In this document: positions 26,526-41,306 of the stretch, in pieces | How the letters are laid out: each line of letters opens with the position of its first letter | Numbering within the stretch: position 1 is the stretch's first letter | Assembly (NCBI GenBank): GCA_964304625.1 | Contig: OZ199839.1 | Location: 4,591,376-4,655,375 of the forward strand | Source of the DNA: Kudoa neothunni | Lineage: Eukaryota > Animalia > Cnidaria | Length of the DNA stretch: 64,000 nucleotides | Direction of reading: 5' to 3' | Made by a program: the position numbers and the translations under genes | The notes under the pieces: model-generated | Database searches by the model: none | The model's input: the letters and a program-made list of their open reading frames with translations, nothing else | What the model was told of the DNA's origin: nothing

Positions 26526-27075
26526 TCAAACGAAATATATTTTCTAATATATCACTAAAATTAATATTTATAAAATAAATAATTGAGGTTACGAACATTT
26601 ATAATTTCATGTAATCAAAATATTGTGTTTTATTATAAAGTTAAACATAACAGAGAACAAAAATTTTCCTACCCGTATATAGGCTAACGTGTTTTATGAA
26701 TATTCTAAAAATTTCAACATCAACAGAAGTCGATTTTTAGAGTTATAATCAAAACGACGTATTTTGGGGTCTCGGAAGACCCCGCCTGGTCCCGTAAGGG
26801 TTAATCAAAATAACATACAGAAATGTTTTTATTTCAAACAATTAATCACACATCAACAAAAAATTAAAGATGGGATCATGCGTTTTTAACACAATTTTGA
26901 TTTCAAAAACGAGTATTATAACTCTACCCATATTTATATTAGAGTTAACTGAAAATTTTACTTTTCTAAAGGTTGATCTGCAGAGGAGAATCACAGTTAC
27001 CAGAAAATTCGAGCAGAAACAGTTAATTAATTAATTATTGGTACATTCAACAATACACGAGATTAACACGATAAT

Positions 27076-30128
<3,053 letters not shown>

Positions 30129-30152
30129 TGAATACACGTTTAGCTAGACAAA

Positions 30153-30164
30153 TTTGGCGCGCGC
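30153..30164. promoter_or_regulatory. Candidate E2F site in the MCM3/AKAP7-like divergent promoter
   Basis: TTTGGCGCGCGC about 25 bp upstream of the MCM3 ATG matches TTTSSCGC. MCM genes are classical E2F targets. Confidence 0.55.
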
Positions 30165-30522
30165 ATAAAAAGGACAAGATAACATTAAAATCAATTAAAT
30201 ATCGTCTAAACTGGCATAGGTTTAGTGTCAATCTCTATTTCGTCGAAAGCAATCGCAAGAAAAACTCCGGAAACGAAAAGTATAGCATGCTTAGTTGTCG
30301 TCCTATGGAAAGATTAGCGCATGAACGAACTATTTACTGTATTACCAACAAAATTCGTCATTATAAAATGCTGATAAGGCATTCCTAAATGTTGAAAACT
30401 TGCTCCTTGGAGTCGTTTCAAGCTGCTTCGCCTTAGGTGAGACCATGCTACTGGATATGTCACTGCGCGTGCACTTGTTTTGAATGCGCAAAGTTGTTGA
30501 TTAGCGCATTTTTGAGATTCGA

Positions 30523-31371
30523 ATGAGACCCACTTACTTTATTGCAATTCGCATCCAAGATAAAATCTGTCTTGATTCGGCGATAAAATGCCAAAATGAA
30601 GTCACTAAATTTTATAAAAATTTAAAAGCACTAATGATTCAACCGGAAAAATTTCATATTACACTTTCATTAATTGCAAAACCAGAATCGGAAAATAAAG
30701 ACTTATGGATAATTAAGGTCACCGAGTGTTTCCAATTGGCAGCACATAATATTTCCCAAGAATTTGATTTGAAATCAAACATTATTAAACTCCAAGGGCT
30801 GAACCATTTCAACAACCGAGTCTTGTTTATTGAGGTATTTTTGCACTTGTTTTTTTTAATTGTATGATATTATCTGTTATAAATTAATACAATTAACAAA
30901 AATCAAAATTTGTTGCTTTGGCATATCGTTAAAAATATGACTAACGTATGAAACTTTATGATTGATTAAAAAAAAGTTGTTCATTTTTATGATTAATGCA
31001 ACCTTTATTTGACTGCCTAAGCGTTTTCATTGAAACTTTATAATAATTGTGAACACATTTAGATGGATGATCATGGAAATGAATTTTTGTGGCGATTAAG
31101 TGAAAAATTAAACATTTATTTAAAAGCTTCCGGTATTATTATAGACGAGAAATTTACATTCAAACCACATATGACTATTGCGAAGGCGACCAAATTTAAA
31201 AAAGGGTTTATTAGTGGTGAAATCATAAAAATCTATGAAGGAAATTATTTCGGAAGTCAACCCATCACACATTTATCGTTATGCTCAATGTTGGATCCAC
31301 CAAGAGATGACAAATTTTATCATACACTCTACGAGTATGCGGTGCAGGATGAAGTTTTAAAAGTAAAGTAA
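30523..31371 (+). CDS. AKAP7-like 2H phosphoesterase (2',5'-PDE/LigT fold), two exons (30523-30834, 31063-31371)
   Basis: MRPTYFIAI start, two HxT motifs (FHITL, PHMTI), GLNHFNNRVLF, FGSQ..LSLCSM. GT-AG intron in phase 0. Confidence 0.85.
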
Positions 31372-31628
31372 GCGATGAACTGTCCTCGAATCGTCCCATA
31401 AAACATTATGTAACAACCAGTTTTGATTACAAACAATAGCGCTTTTTATTTTTATATGCTGCTTTTTGTAATATCTTATTCATTTTCATTTTTATCGTTT
31501 CTTTTCATTTTGGTGGTTTTCTTAGGATTTTTAAAGTATTAGATATATTAGTAAAATTATTTTTTTTAATATTTAACCAGTGATAATATTTCATTTTTGA
31601 AATATGAGCAGAATTTAAGGGCATATAC

Positions 31629-32645
31629 CAAAGGTGGCCAAACCATGGCTTCTGAAAATTTTTTATTAATTCAACCAGCATGTTATTTCGAAAACCCCTT
31701 AATGTTCAAACTATTTGATCAAGTGAAGAAATGAATTCTTTAATCGTAAACAGGTAATATTTTTGTTTAGAAAGCATAGTTACAAACTACCATATAGTTT
31801 TAATATTTTATGCAAACTAGAATTATTTCCAGTTTAATTAGGGAATACAATTAGGAATAACGTTTATCCATTACCAAAGTGATAGATAACGAAAGAATAA
31901 AACACGCATTAAAGTTTTTAAGATGATTCATAATTCCAACTCACCAAACGAACTTTGGAAATACGTTCCAGAAACTAAATACTTAAAATTAAAAGGAGTT
32001 TTCCTCAGCTTGTTTCTATCTTTGGAACAACTCATTGTTGTGAGTCTATTTATTCAACGATGAAGTTTATAAAATCGAGGCATCGCGGATCCCTCCCCTC
32101 ACAAACAAACACCCGACGGTACTAATTCGTACAGCGTCAACAACATACGAACATGATTACCGTCAGCTCATTGATAATATGAAAACATAAAAAACTTGTA
32201 ACATCGGAATTAATTTCTAAAAAACACTTGTCGAATGCATTAAATTCTTGTGTTACTACTTTATTCGTAAATATTTAATTTCATTTTTTGTCACACAACC
32301 ATATATGATTAAATATGAAAAATATTTTATTATTGCGACCTTTTTTATAGAGAAAAATTTTCTTGGATTATTAACTACTAATTTACTTATTTGGGAAAAT
32401 CATCATAAATCGTACCTGTAAAAATTATAAGGAAGTTTTCCAGCGATTAACTGAATAAGAAAATAATTAAAAAACCTTTATTTATAATTCTACACCATTT
32501 TTTCTTAATATTTACCAAAAATTCCTCCAAAATGTAAGTTTAAAATAAAGAAGGAGTACATAAATGATTTTAATGCCTTGTGGTTCTTGAAAATTTTGGC
32601 AACCTCAAATTTGGCTCTCGGCCCAGGCAAGTCTAGCCACCCCTA
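31629..32645 (+). mobile_element. Deletion derivative of the hAT family at 56582
   Basis: TSD gcatatac/gcctatac. Both halves align with ~56582-56890 and ~58680-58995. Confidence 0.85.
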
Positions 32646-32780
32646 GCCTATACAGTGGCTTTGATCTGTTGAGCAATAGCTATAATGTTAGCTAATTTTT
32701 TGAAGGATATTTCCCTTATCTATGCTAATGTTGATAAAAAGTTCGATTAAATAATATTAACACCTGCCAACACTTTAGAT

Positions 32781-34068
32781 AAGGGGTTCTCAACCATTTT
32801 TTCAAATTTGCTCCCTCGGCCTGGTGAAAAATCCAAATTTACTCACTTAACTTGGGAACCGAATTTATATGTACTTTGAGGGTTGATATTGGTTTAGCTA
32901 TGACAGAGGTTATTTACATATTAAATTTTAATCCTAAGGGGCATTTGCGCTTGTGTAATGATAATTTTTAATCCCATTAACTCTAACTCACAAGACGTCT
33001 ACAGATTTAATTTTTTTAGAATATTCCACATTCAATTATTTGTGGCCCCTCCTTCCCTCTAAGGCAGTGTTTCCTAACCTTTTTTCAAATGTATTGATTT
33101 TTTAATTTTAACTGCTTATAATTTTGAATCAAGCTTCATGTCACATTAAAATTAGAAAATGACAAATATATATATATTTCTTTTTCATTAGAGTTAAAAT
33201 GTATTCGATCAAATTTAATTTAATTTATAGATGGACTTTAAAAATTAACATTTTTATTTCTTCATTCAGTCCAAAACCGCGTTAGGTGAAACTTGTGGTA
33301 ATCCAATCCGCATCGGGTAAAGCTTTTCTGTATTTGGGACTTATAAACCCAAATTAAATAATTAATATTGAAAATTAATTAATACTGTTTTGGATAAGTC
33401 AAGAAAAGAGGAGATCACGGTTATAAATGTGACAACATTGGAATTATAACCACTCCGATTCTATTGAAAAAAACCATGTTTCACGTTTTTATATTTTTAA
33501 TATAAATTAATCGGTGATTTTAGTATTTTTTTATAATATTCACATTCGCCTAAAAATAAAAAAGATCAAAAATCGAAGTAATTATTTCAATGTGCGCCAC
33601 ACTGCCCAATTATCTCACCATTATCCATGTCACCAACGCCCGGGATTTTCCACGTCCTACAAGAGCCGTTCATTAAACGCTCAAAGATTCCCATGCATCA
33701 CCAAAAATTTTCCACGCCGCACGTTGGGAAACACTGACCTAAGAGGTAAGAAATAATTAAAAATTGTTAAAACTAGTGACAACTAAATATTATTTATCAT
33801 GAAGATTGCAACTTGAAGCATTATTAAGCTACACCACCAAAAAATAAATTAGCCCAAAAAGAAAGAGAATATTTATAGTTTTATAAATATTTGTTAAATA
33901 TTTATATCTAAAACATTCGGAACATTTATGCCAACTTATTATTGAGCTTAATAATCCTGAATAATTTAATTCTATAGAAATTTTTAAGTACGTCACAAAC
34001 CTCATTCTGCAAGAATTTCCCCATCCAATTTTGATGTTACTTAATTTACCCCCGGTTGAGAACCCCTG
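32781..34068. mobile_element. hAT MITE
   Basis: aggggttctcaacc ... ggttgagaacccctg. TSD ctttagat/cattagaa. Confidence 0.75.
33065..33736. mobile_element. hAT MITE nested in the previous one
   Basis: cagtgtttcctaac ... gttgggaaacactg with a degenerate nnnTAnnn TSD. Confidence 0.7.
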
Positions 34069-34142
34069 CATTAGAAGGTTAAAAAAGTACGCAAAATTGG
34101 GCGCTCGTAAAGCCGGTCACAGACTGAACATATAAATTAGAG

Positions 34143-35321
34143 CAGGGGCCGGAAACCTTTTTGAGTGTCGGGCCAAACAAGCATCCCCTAACTTTAATGC
34201 GGCCGTATTAAAATTAATTTACAAAAATGTTGTAACATTCATAATTCAAATATTGAATACTAGCGCAAAAGCCCCGCAGACTAAAGCCTTGAGTAGGCCA
34301 AGGTCATTTGAAGTTCAAAGTAAAATCAGAGTATTTAGATAAATAGTACAAAGATTACCCAATTAACTGATGATTTATTTAATTCATTGGGCGCATGAAC
34401 CTTATTTAATATTTTTAAAAACAAATAAACACTACTGAGCGTTTGAATTTCCTATTTAGAGCTTCTGGAATATCGATTTTCTCCATGTTGTTTGCAGTAA
34501 TCTCTAAATCATACCATATGAATTGGACTAATCTTGTTAAACATCAACAAATGAATTTCATATTAATGCTTGGATACGTAACCTAATATTAACGTCCTTA
34601 TTTGAATTAATCCAATTACTAAATTACCTTTTAATAATTTTAAAGTAAAATAAACACTATGGTACGTTTACAATTAACTTTGTATGACCTATATGTTTGC
34701 ATTAATCCTGAAATTATACCACTAATATCACGCGAAAATGTTTTTAGTCATTTTGCAGGATGCAAACCTTTTATAATCTTTCACATATTTTTCTGTGTTA
34801 AAATAAAATTTTATCTTTGCATAAGTGTGCTCAAATGGAGCGGTATGTCTCTCTATCAAAAATGAAAAATGCGTACACACACGGGTTACCGGTTTGCTTT
34901 ATATAGTAGATAAATATATAAATTAGAATTTATAAAAGTCATGTTAACTATAAAAATAAGCTGAATAAAAATTATTATATACTAATAATTTCCATTTGAG
35001 GTATACACAACTCTTACTTAACCCGTGGAAACACATTATTTATTGTATGATGTCAAATATGAGATGTACCCGTATGTATTTTTAAAGATATTTTATATTT
35101 TTCTAAAAATAATTTTAACGTTATCTCGATGGTCATATTTATTCCAGTTTTCTGTCTTAATGAAAATGAATTTTAATCGGTTGGAATGTTTATATGGACT
35201 ACATATTAACATGCAGAAAACGATCTAGATAAAAGTGTTAAAACTGTTTACGTATTTTAGACGCTGAAGAAAAATTTTTATGCTAGTCAATGCACGGCGG
35301 GTCGTAGGTTGCCGACCCCTG
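34143..35321. mobile_element. hAT MITE hosting a Helitron
   Basis: caggggccggaaacc ... ggttgccgacccctg. TSD aattagag/aattaaaa. Confidence 0.75.
34260..34910 (-). mobile_element. Non-autonomous Helitron
   Basis: On the minus strand A|TCtactatataaagc ... gcgCTAG|T with no TSD. Close copy at 55145-55842. Confidence 0.85.
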
Positions 35322-36144
35322 AATTAAAACTTTGATCGGAAATCAAATCTTGTTTACCTACGTAAAATAGAGCTCCAAAAATTGTTGGTTACAAATTTTA
35401 GATTAGTCATCGTAAGAATTGTAAGGTAGGGATTTCAGATTTAGGAAAAGATTGCTGGAGAGGCTTCATATATTGAACCTTTATGAATTCAAAAATTATA
35501 AAAAAAATTTCTGGCTGGAAGCTGGAAAGCTTACAAACTTATATTTATGTATTATTCCATAATACGTTTAGGAAGAATATCCATAAAAGACTCTTCATTT
35601 AGTAATATAGCGAAGTTTTTAATTGATGGATTTAATAAATTTTCAATTTTCTTGATCCTTCGGGAAGCCTCAAAATTTATTATACACTTTGTGTTTTTTG
35701 AGGTATATTAGACCTCACATTTTTATTCTATAATATAATTAAAGGTAGAAATATTTTAAAACTCATAATTTTTTGTTCTAAAGTCATCATGTAAAGACAA
35801 TGTGAGCGAGAGATTAATGCGTCGCGGTAGGATTAACTCCCTATAAAAAGTTATTCGCTCCTATCTCTGCATGATAATAATTAATTTTTGCATGAATTTG
35901 ATCGTTTAATTAATGTTGTATCATTTATAAGCGTTCTGAATTGTTTAATATAAAATATATCGAATTTTCATAAAGCATTGTTAATCACGTACATATATAT
36001 ATATTAATACAACTTTTTGTTGGAAAAGTATTATATTATTATTTATAAAAACAAAAAAGCCATCCTAAATTATTGAAGTTGATATAATTGATACATGATT
36101 CAAACGAATTAGAAGGACTTTACCGAAATTAACTTTATTAGGTA

Positions 36145-37331
36145 CAGTATTTCAAGACCTAAATGCAACGGTGTCGGATCATAATTTATCACAGTTTACC
36201 GTCACAAAAAGAAAATATGTTTCTTTAGACGACATAGAGGAAGAAATTATCATTAGGTTATCTAAAGTATATAGCGTTAGTTAAACTATACTTGAGAGAT
36301 GTTAAGGAAAATTATACCTATGGCCAAATTGCTACAACAATTGGCATTCATAAATCAACAATTTCACGGTTCCTAAAAAAAGAGGTGGGGACAGGAGGTC
36401 AAAATTGACAAACGCCCATAAATCATACAGCCAAAGCTTAGTGAATGAAGATTGCGCAATTACATTAGACTCAATCGCCAAGAAACTACAACGAAAACAT
36501 AATATCAGTGTTTCTAGACAGATTATTGCTAATTGTTTAAACCAGTTCCACTACACTCTCAAAAGAATTTCAATTGTATCGATTGCGAGCAATTCTCAGG
36601 ATTGCATATCAAAACGCAAAAAGTGTTTTTATTAATTAACAATAAATGTTATATTTATTAGTTATATTTTAGAATATCTGCGATGTAAACCACTCCATTT
36701 TCCTGTAATTTACATTGATGAGTCTGACTTCTCACTTTCTATTAGACGAACATTTGCAAGGTCACTTTCATGTTCGCTCTTGAACCTGAAAGTAAAAAGT
36801 ATTCGACCCAAAAACATCACATTGATAGCCGCTATTGGCTCTGAAAAAGTTTGGACATTTCAGCCGGAAAGTGGCGCCGTGAATCAGAAAGTTTTTCTAT
36901 AGTTTCATAGGAAAACTTCTTGATGATTTAGCGAACGATGAAATTCAAAGACCGTTGTTAGTTAATTATGGACAATGTAAGGTTTCATAAAACCGATCTT
37001 ATTCGACAAAAAATTGATTTATGTGGACACAAACTTTTGTTTCTGCCTCCGTATTCACCATTCCTCAACCCTATAGAGGAATTCTTTCACCAAGCAAAAT
37101 CAATTGTCCGAAGAAAAGCGCCCACAAATACAGATGAATTAATGGAAGCTATCTTGGATAGTCCTGATGAAATAGCACCTTCCCAACCTCAAAATTATTC
37201 TAATCACACAGAGTCGTATTTTCCAAGGTGTTTAAGTACGGAAGAAATAGAAAACTAATACTTACATGCGTTTAATTAATTAATCAATCCATTTTGACAT
37301 ATCACTGTTGCTTTTAGGTCTTGAAATACTG
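36145..37331 (+). mobile_element. Tc1/IS630-like DD34E element with two mini-introns
   Basis: TA|cagtatttcaagacctaaa ... tttaggtcttgaaatactg|TA. YIDES, DNVRFH and YSPFLNPIE. Introns at 36267-36306 and 36623-36661. Confidence 0.92.
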
Positions 37332-37399
37332 TATAAATCTTAAATTTGTTGAAGTGAATAACAGAAAACTATCATTGTAACACATTAAATGTTATTTTC

Positions 37400-38303
37400 T
37401 GTTGAAAAATCAACGCGGAAAAACGGAGAGTGCTTTTTACAACAAGACCTTAAACAAAGAACGAACTAATTCTTTGTTGTTCGACCATTGGTTCTTGAAC
37501 AAAATACGCATCTTCTTCGGTATTTTGGCAAAGAAATGAAATATTTGTTGGCAAAAGCTTTATTGTAATCTGTTAATCTTTTTCTAGTATAAACAGCTTG
37601 ACAAATTCGTTGACAAGTTTATCCAAAAACTGTTCTTTCCAGATTTCCTATCATTGAGGACGGACTTGTAAAGATAAAGCGAATTTATCAGGTCAATGTC
37701 TAAAATACAAAAAATGGTTAGTTAACGCCTGGAGTATTCTTTGACATTAGTCGAAGCGATAATTCGGTCGACAATGTCATCATCACCTTTGTTTTTGTTG
37801 TAAAATGAAGTGAATTCAGGTTTTATGCATTTTTCAGGAGCCAGATTCGGATTTGCCGAAAAAGTAGCCCAAAAAATAACTGATTTATTCTTAGAAACGT
37901 ATGACAACAATATTTTTTTCGAAGAAAAGAAAAAGTTGTTTATAACGTTCTCTTGATTTATTTATCTTTAACATTTCGGGAATATCTCCTTTGTTTTGTT
38001 TTATTGTTCGAACCATAACCAGGCCAATGTTTAGTGGTTTATTGATAAGTGCAACTGATGTGAAAAAATTATAAGCAACAATGTTTCTGCCTCTGTTCTT
38101 TAGGTACAACGCATAATCTTACACATTATTCTCTCATAACTATTTAGCTCTTTTGAAATTTTATCCCAATGATAAATAGAGATATCGTGACAAAATTTTG
38201 GCGATGGATTAAAAAGAAAGAAGAATTTGAATCCATCATATATAAAAAAATTCTTACCGCACTATGCTTCGGGGTCTATCGTTCCCCAAACGCGCTTGAC
38301 AGA
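37400..38303 (-). mobile_element. piggyBac remnant (left boundary approximate)
   Basis: Fragments RNIVAYNFFTSV and FYNKNKGDDDIVD. End palindrome ggggtctatcgttcccc followed by TTAA. Confidence 0.7.
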
Positions 38304-38586
38304 TTAAAAGGTTATTTCCAATTATTAAATCCATTCCTTTAATGAATTTTATTTATTATAATACGTAAAGAAACTAACGATATATTAACTAAAAATAAGA
38401 AAAGACGTATAATTAATTTTAAATATTATTTTACCGTTGAACTGGAATATCACAATTTAAAACAAACGAAGGTCATCATTAAATTATATTTACAGCCAAA
38501 AACTATACTAATAATCTCAAATTTTTAAAAATTTAAAATATTCACTCATATCACACTAACTACTACAAATAATGCATCAGTTGTAA

Positions 38587-39908
38587 CTATTTTCCGTTAT
38601 TTTTGTTGGCCTAAATACAAGTCAAATGGTGCTAAAGCTCAATAAATGGATGTACTTCATAATATCCAGTAAAAAATCCAGCTATGAACCAAGCATTGTT
38701 CATCGTTTTCTCGTCAATATGTAACGATGTGGTATCAAACAAAGCATTCAGTTCTTGGACTTTATTCCTTACAATTTCAATCATAGAGGGGTCATTAAAA
38801 TGGAAATCTGGAGGCTAAATATTTATTATTACATTTCTATCAAGAACAAGCAGTTACTCGAATGGGTAAAATATTCTCCTTATCAATACGTTTTTCTCTT
38901 AAAACATTATTAACGTAATCTTCATCTACATACTTATAGGTAAATCAAAATAAAGTTTCACAACTACAAGTCCCATCGAATTCCGGCGGAATCAATACAT
39001 TCTCTTGAATTTCTTCTCTACAAAAAAAAAATAAACTACAAAACTCATTAACCTTGTTTACATTATTTGACCATCATCAAGAACAAGTGAATAGTTTGGG
39101 GAAAATATTTTATACAATCGGCCATCATCACGCGCTTTCTCATAAGAATTCCATGCAAAATTATCAATTTTGGCAGATTGTATAACATTCTCATGGAAAA
39201 TTTTGCAACTGTCCCCGGGTTCGTAGAGTCTGCAAACAGATGAAGCTGGTTGTATTTCAGAACTCTCAGAATCAGCCGAGTGGGGGAAGGGAAAAATTTC
39301 ATTAATATTAGTTTCCTGTCTGATATTAAACTCAAGAAATTGAATGGTTGCCACGGTTGACCGAGGAGATAATTCGTTCATGGTTATAATTTCAGCCAAA
39401 TACAATAAATCATTCTCGTAGTATAAACCATAACATTTGTCTCCAACATTCAACTTTGATTCCACCTTCACAAGAGCATTCATTTACAACAAACAAAAAT
39501 ACGAACAATTACTTTATTTTCGTCATTATTGACAGGTACACAACAACTATCCACCGAACTATCACTAGTGGACCTTGATTTTCTTTTCCGTCTTTTAAGT
39601 TTAAAATAAAACATTTAATAAATGCACAATATACAAAATTAGTTTTGTTGACAATTTCTTCATCACTTTTTCCTAATACCAACTATAAACAAACCAATTA
39701 TATTATAATTTACTTTTATTTTATTAACAGCAGTATCATAAGCCTTGATAAGTGCAGAATCATCCCAAAAATCTTCATCTCTGTTATCAATTAAGTCTTC
39801 TTGTTGTGATTCTTCATACTTTTTCTAATAAACTAGATAATAAGAAGTTACTAAATAGAAAGTTGATACTTTATCATCTTTTTTAGTAAACACTATTTTA
39901 GGAGCCAT
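38587..39908 (-). CDS. SMN: Survival motor neuron protein, multi-exon
   Basis: Gemin2-binding motif DFWDDSALIKAYDTAV, Tudor VGDKCYGLYYENDLLYLAEI...FLEFNIRQE, and YG-box-like AWFIAGFFTGYYE. Confidence 0.92.
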
Positions 39909-40545
39909 TAAAGGTTTAAATAATCCCTCAAAAATGTACAAACTAAAAGTCTGCGATTGCGCGCATGTAACCGCGATTAATATGCTTAGTCTAGATAATT
40001 TGCTCTCTATTAGAACAATATCATCTTAGTGATGACTTAAAATCTAAAACATTGATTTTCCTTGAAATTTTAAACAAAAAAATATATCATCTATAGGCAA
40101 AGTTAACATTTAACTCTTTTAGGCCTGAAAATCATGCAATAGGGATATATATTTTTTCGAGCATCAAGAAATATTTAATTTTATAAAAACGAAAAGTTTG
40201 TCGAAAATTTTAGGAATACTCAATGGGGAATTCCATCAAATTAAATGTTGTCACATGGCAACACTCGGAAACACATTAATCCAAGTGGCTGTATAGCGCA
40301 AGCGCTGACAGAAAGTACCATTATTTTGTGCCCCAAAATGCACATATCTTACAAATTTAACGATAGAAAAGACAATTTTAAAATTTTATTGGATTCTCGT
40401 TCTTGCTATTACGCAAAATGAAAAATTTTGTCTAATCGTACATAATGATCTACTTATAGCTCTGCCAGATTATAGATTTATTCGTAAACGGGATCTGAAA
40501 AGGAGCAGTATCTAGCGTTGGTGGCCTCCCTGTTTGTTTTTTATA

Positions 40546-40867
40546 CAGTAAGGTCTCGATATAGGGAGGTTTTTTGGGAATATCAATTTACCACGCAATA
40601 TCGATACTTAGAGCATGCGCCGTATTATATTTTTCCGCGGGAAAGATGGTCAACTTTTTTATCCTTGTTCCAGGCACTCTAATTTTATATAGGGCGTTCA
40701 TATAAGATAGGTGTGAAATAATGTAGGTGTATTTCCAAACTAAATGGTTATCCAATAGTATTTATGACTGCTTTTAAGTCACATATCGTAACTGTTTGAT
40801 TTCCCCAATAAAAATCAGCACCAACGTCCCATTTTGTTGATCCCGGGCATTTATATAAGGTTTACTG
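40546..40867. mobile_element. Possible pogo-type MITE
   Basis: TA|cagtaa ... ttactg|TA with imperfect TIRs. Confidence 0.45.
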
Positions 40868-41306
40868 TAAATGTCTTAATATATAACTTTGACTTGCTTC
40901 AATTTAGGAATCTCATTCGCATTGGTATGTAGCAATAGAATAAAAATGAACCAATTGTATTACATACCATCAATTATTGCTTTGTCCATATGACTAATAT
41001 TTACATTAAATTCGTCATAGTTTGTGTTTAAAAATGTTTCCTTAAATTAATCGCATGATTTGATATATCGGATATTTCTCGAAACAATTTTCAATAGTTA
41101 GCCCGTCACCATTTCCCACGCTGCCTACAAAGTACAAAGACACTTAAAGACAATATATTTGAAAATTTTCGAAGAATCATTAATTAGAAACTGACTAACG
41201 AATGATTTCCTACAGCTGGACTTCAAATAATGTATAATTCCAAAATCTATTGATTTGGTGACATTAGACTAGTTGTATCCTTGAAAAGAAAGCACATTTT
41301 GATATA

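Larger units (their letters stand above)
21071..26800. mobile_element. Non-autonomous piggyBac shell containing nested hAT and piggyBac elements
   Basis: TTAA|cccttcccgcacca ... tggtcccgtaaggg|TTAA with ggggtctc..cccc subterminal palindromes. Confidence 0.7.

Noticed and set aside
30368-30425. Hammerhead ribozyme (ctgataa-stem-gaaa)
   Set aside because: The core is CUGAUAA rather than CUGANGA, the cleavage triplet is poor and stem I has only about 2 bp.
30390-30500. U4 snRNA on the minus strand (actttgcgca, gcgcagtg, ttgaaac)
   Set aside because: Matches are patchy, and the K-turn GA pairs and U6 stem I are absent. The similarity is explained by gcgca promoter motifs.
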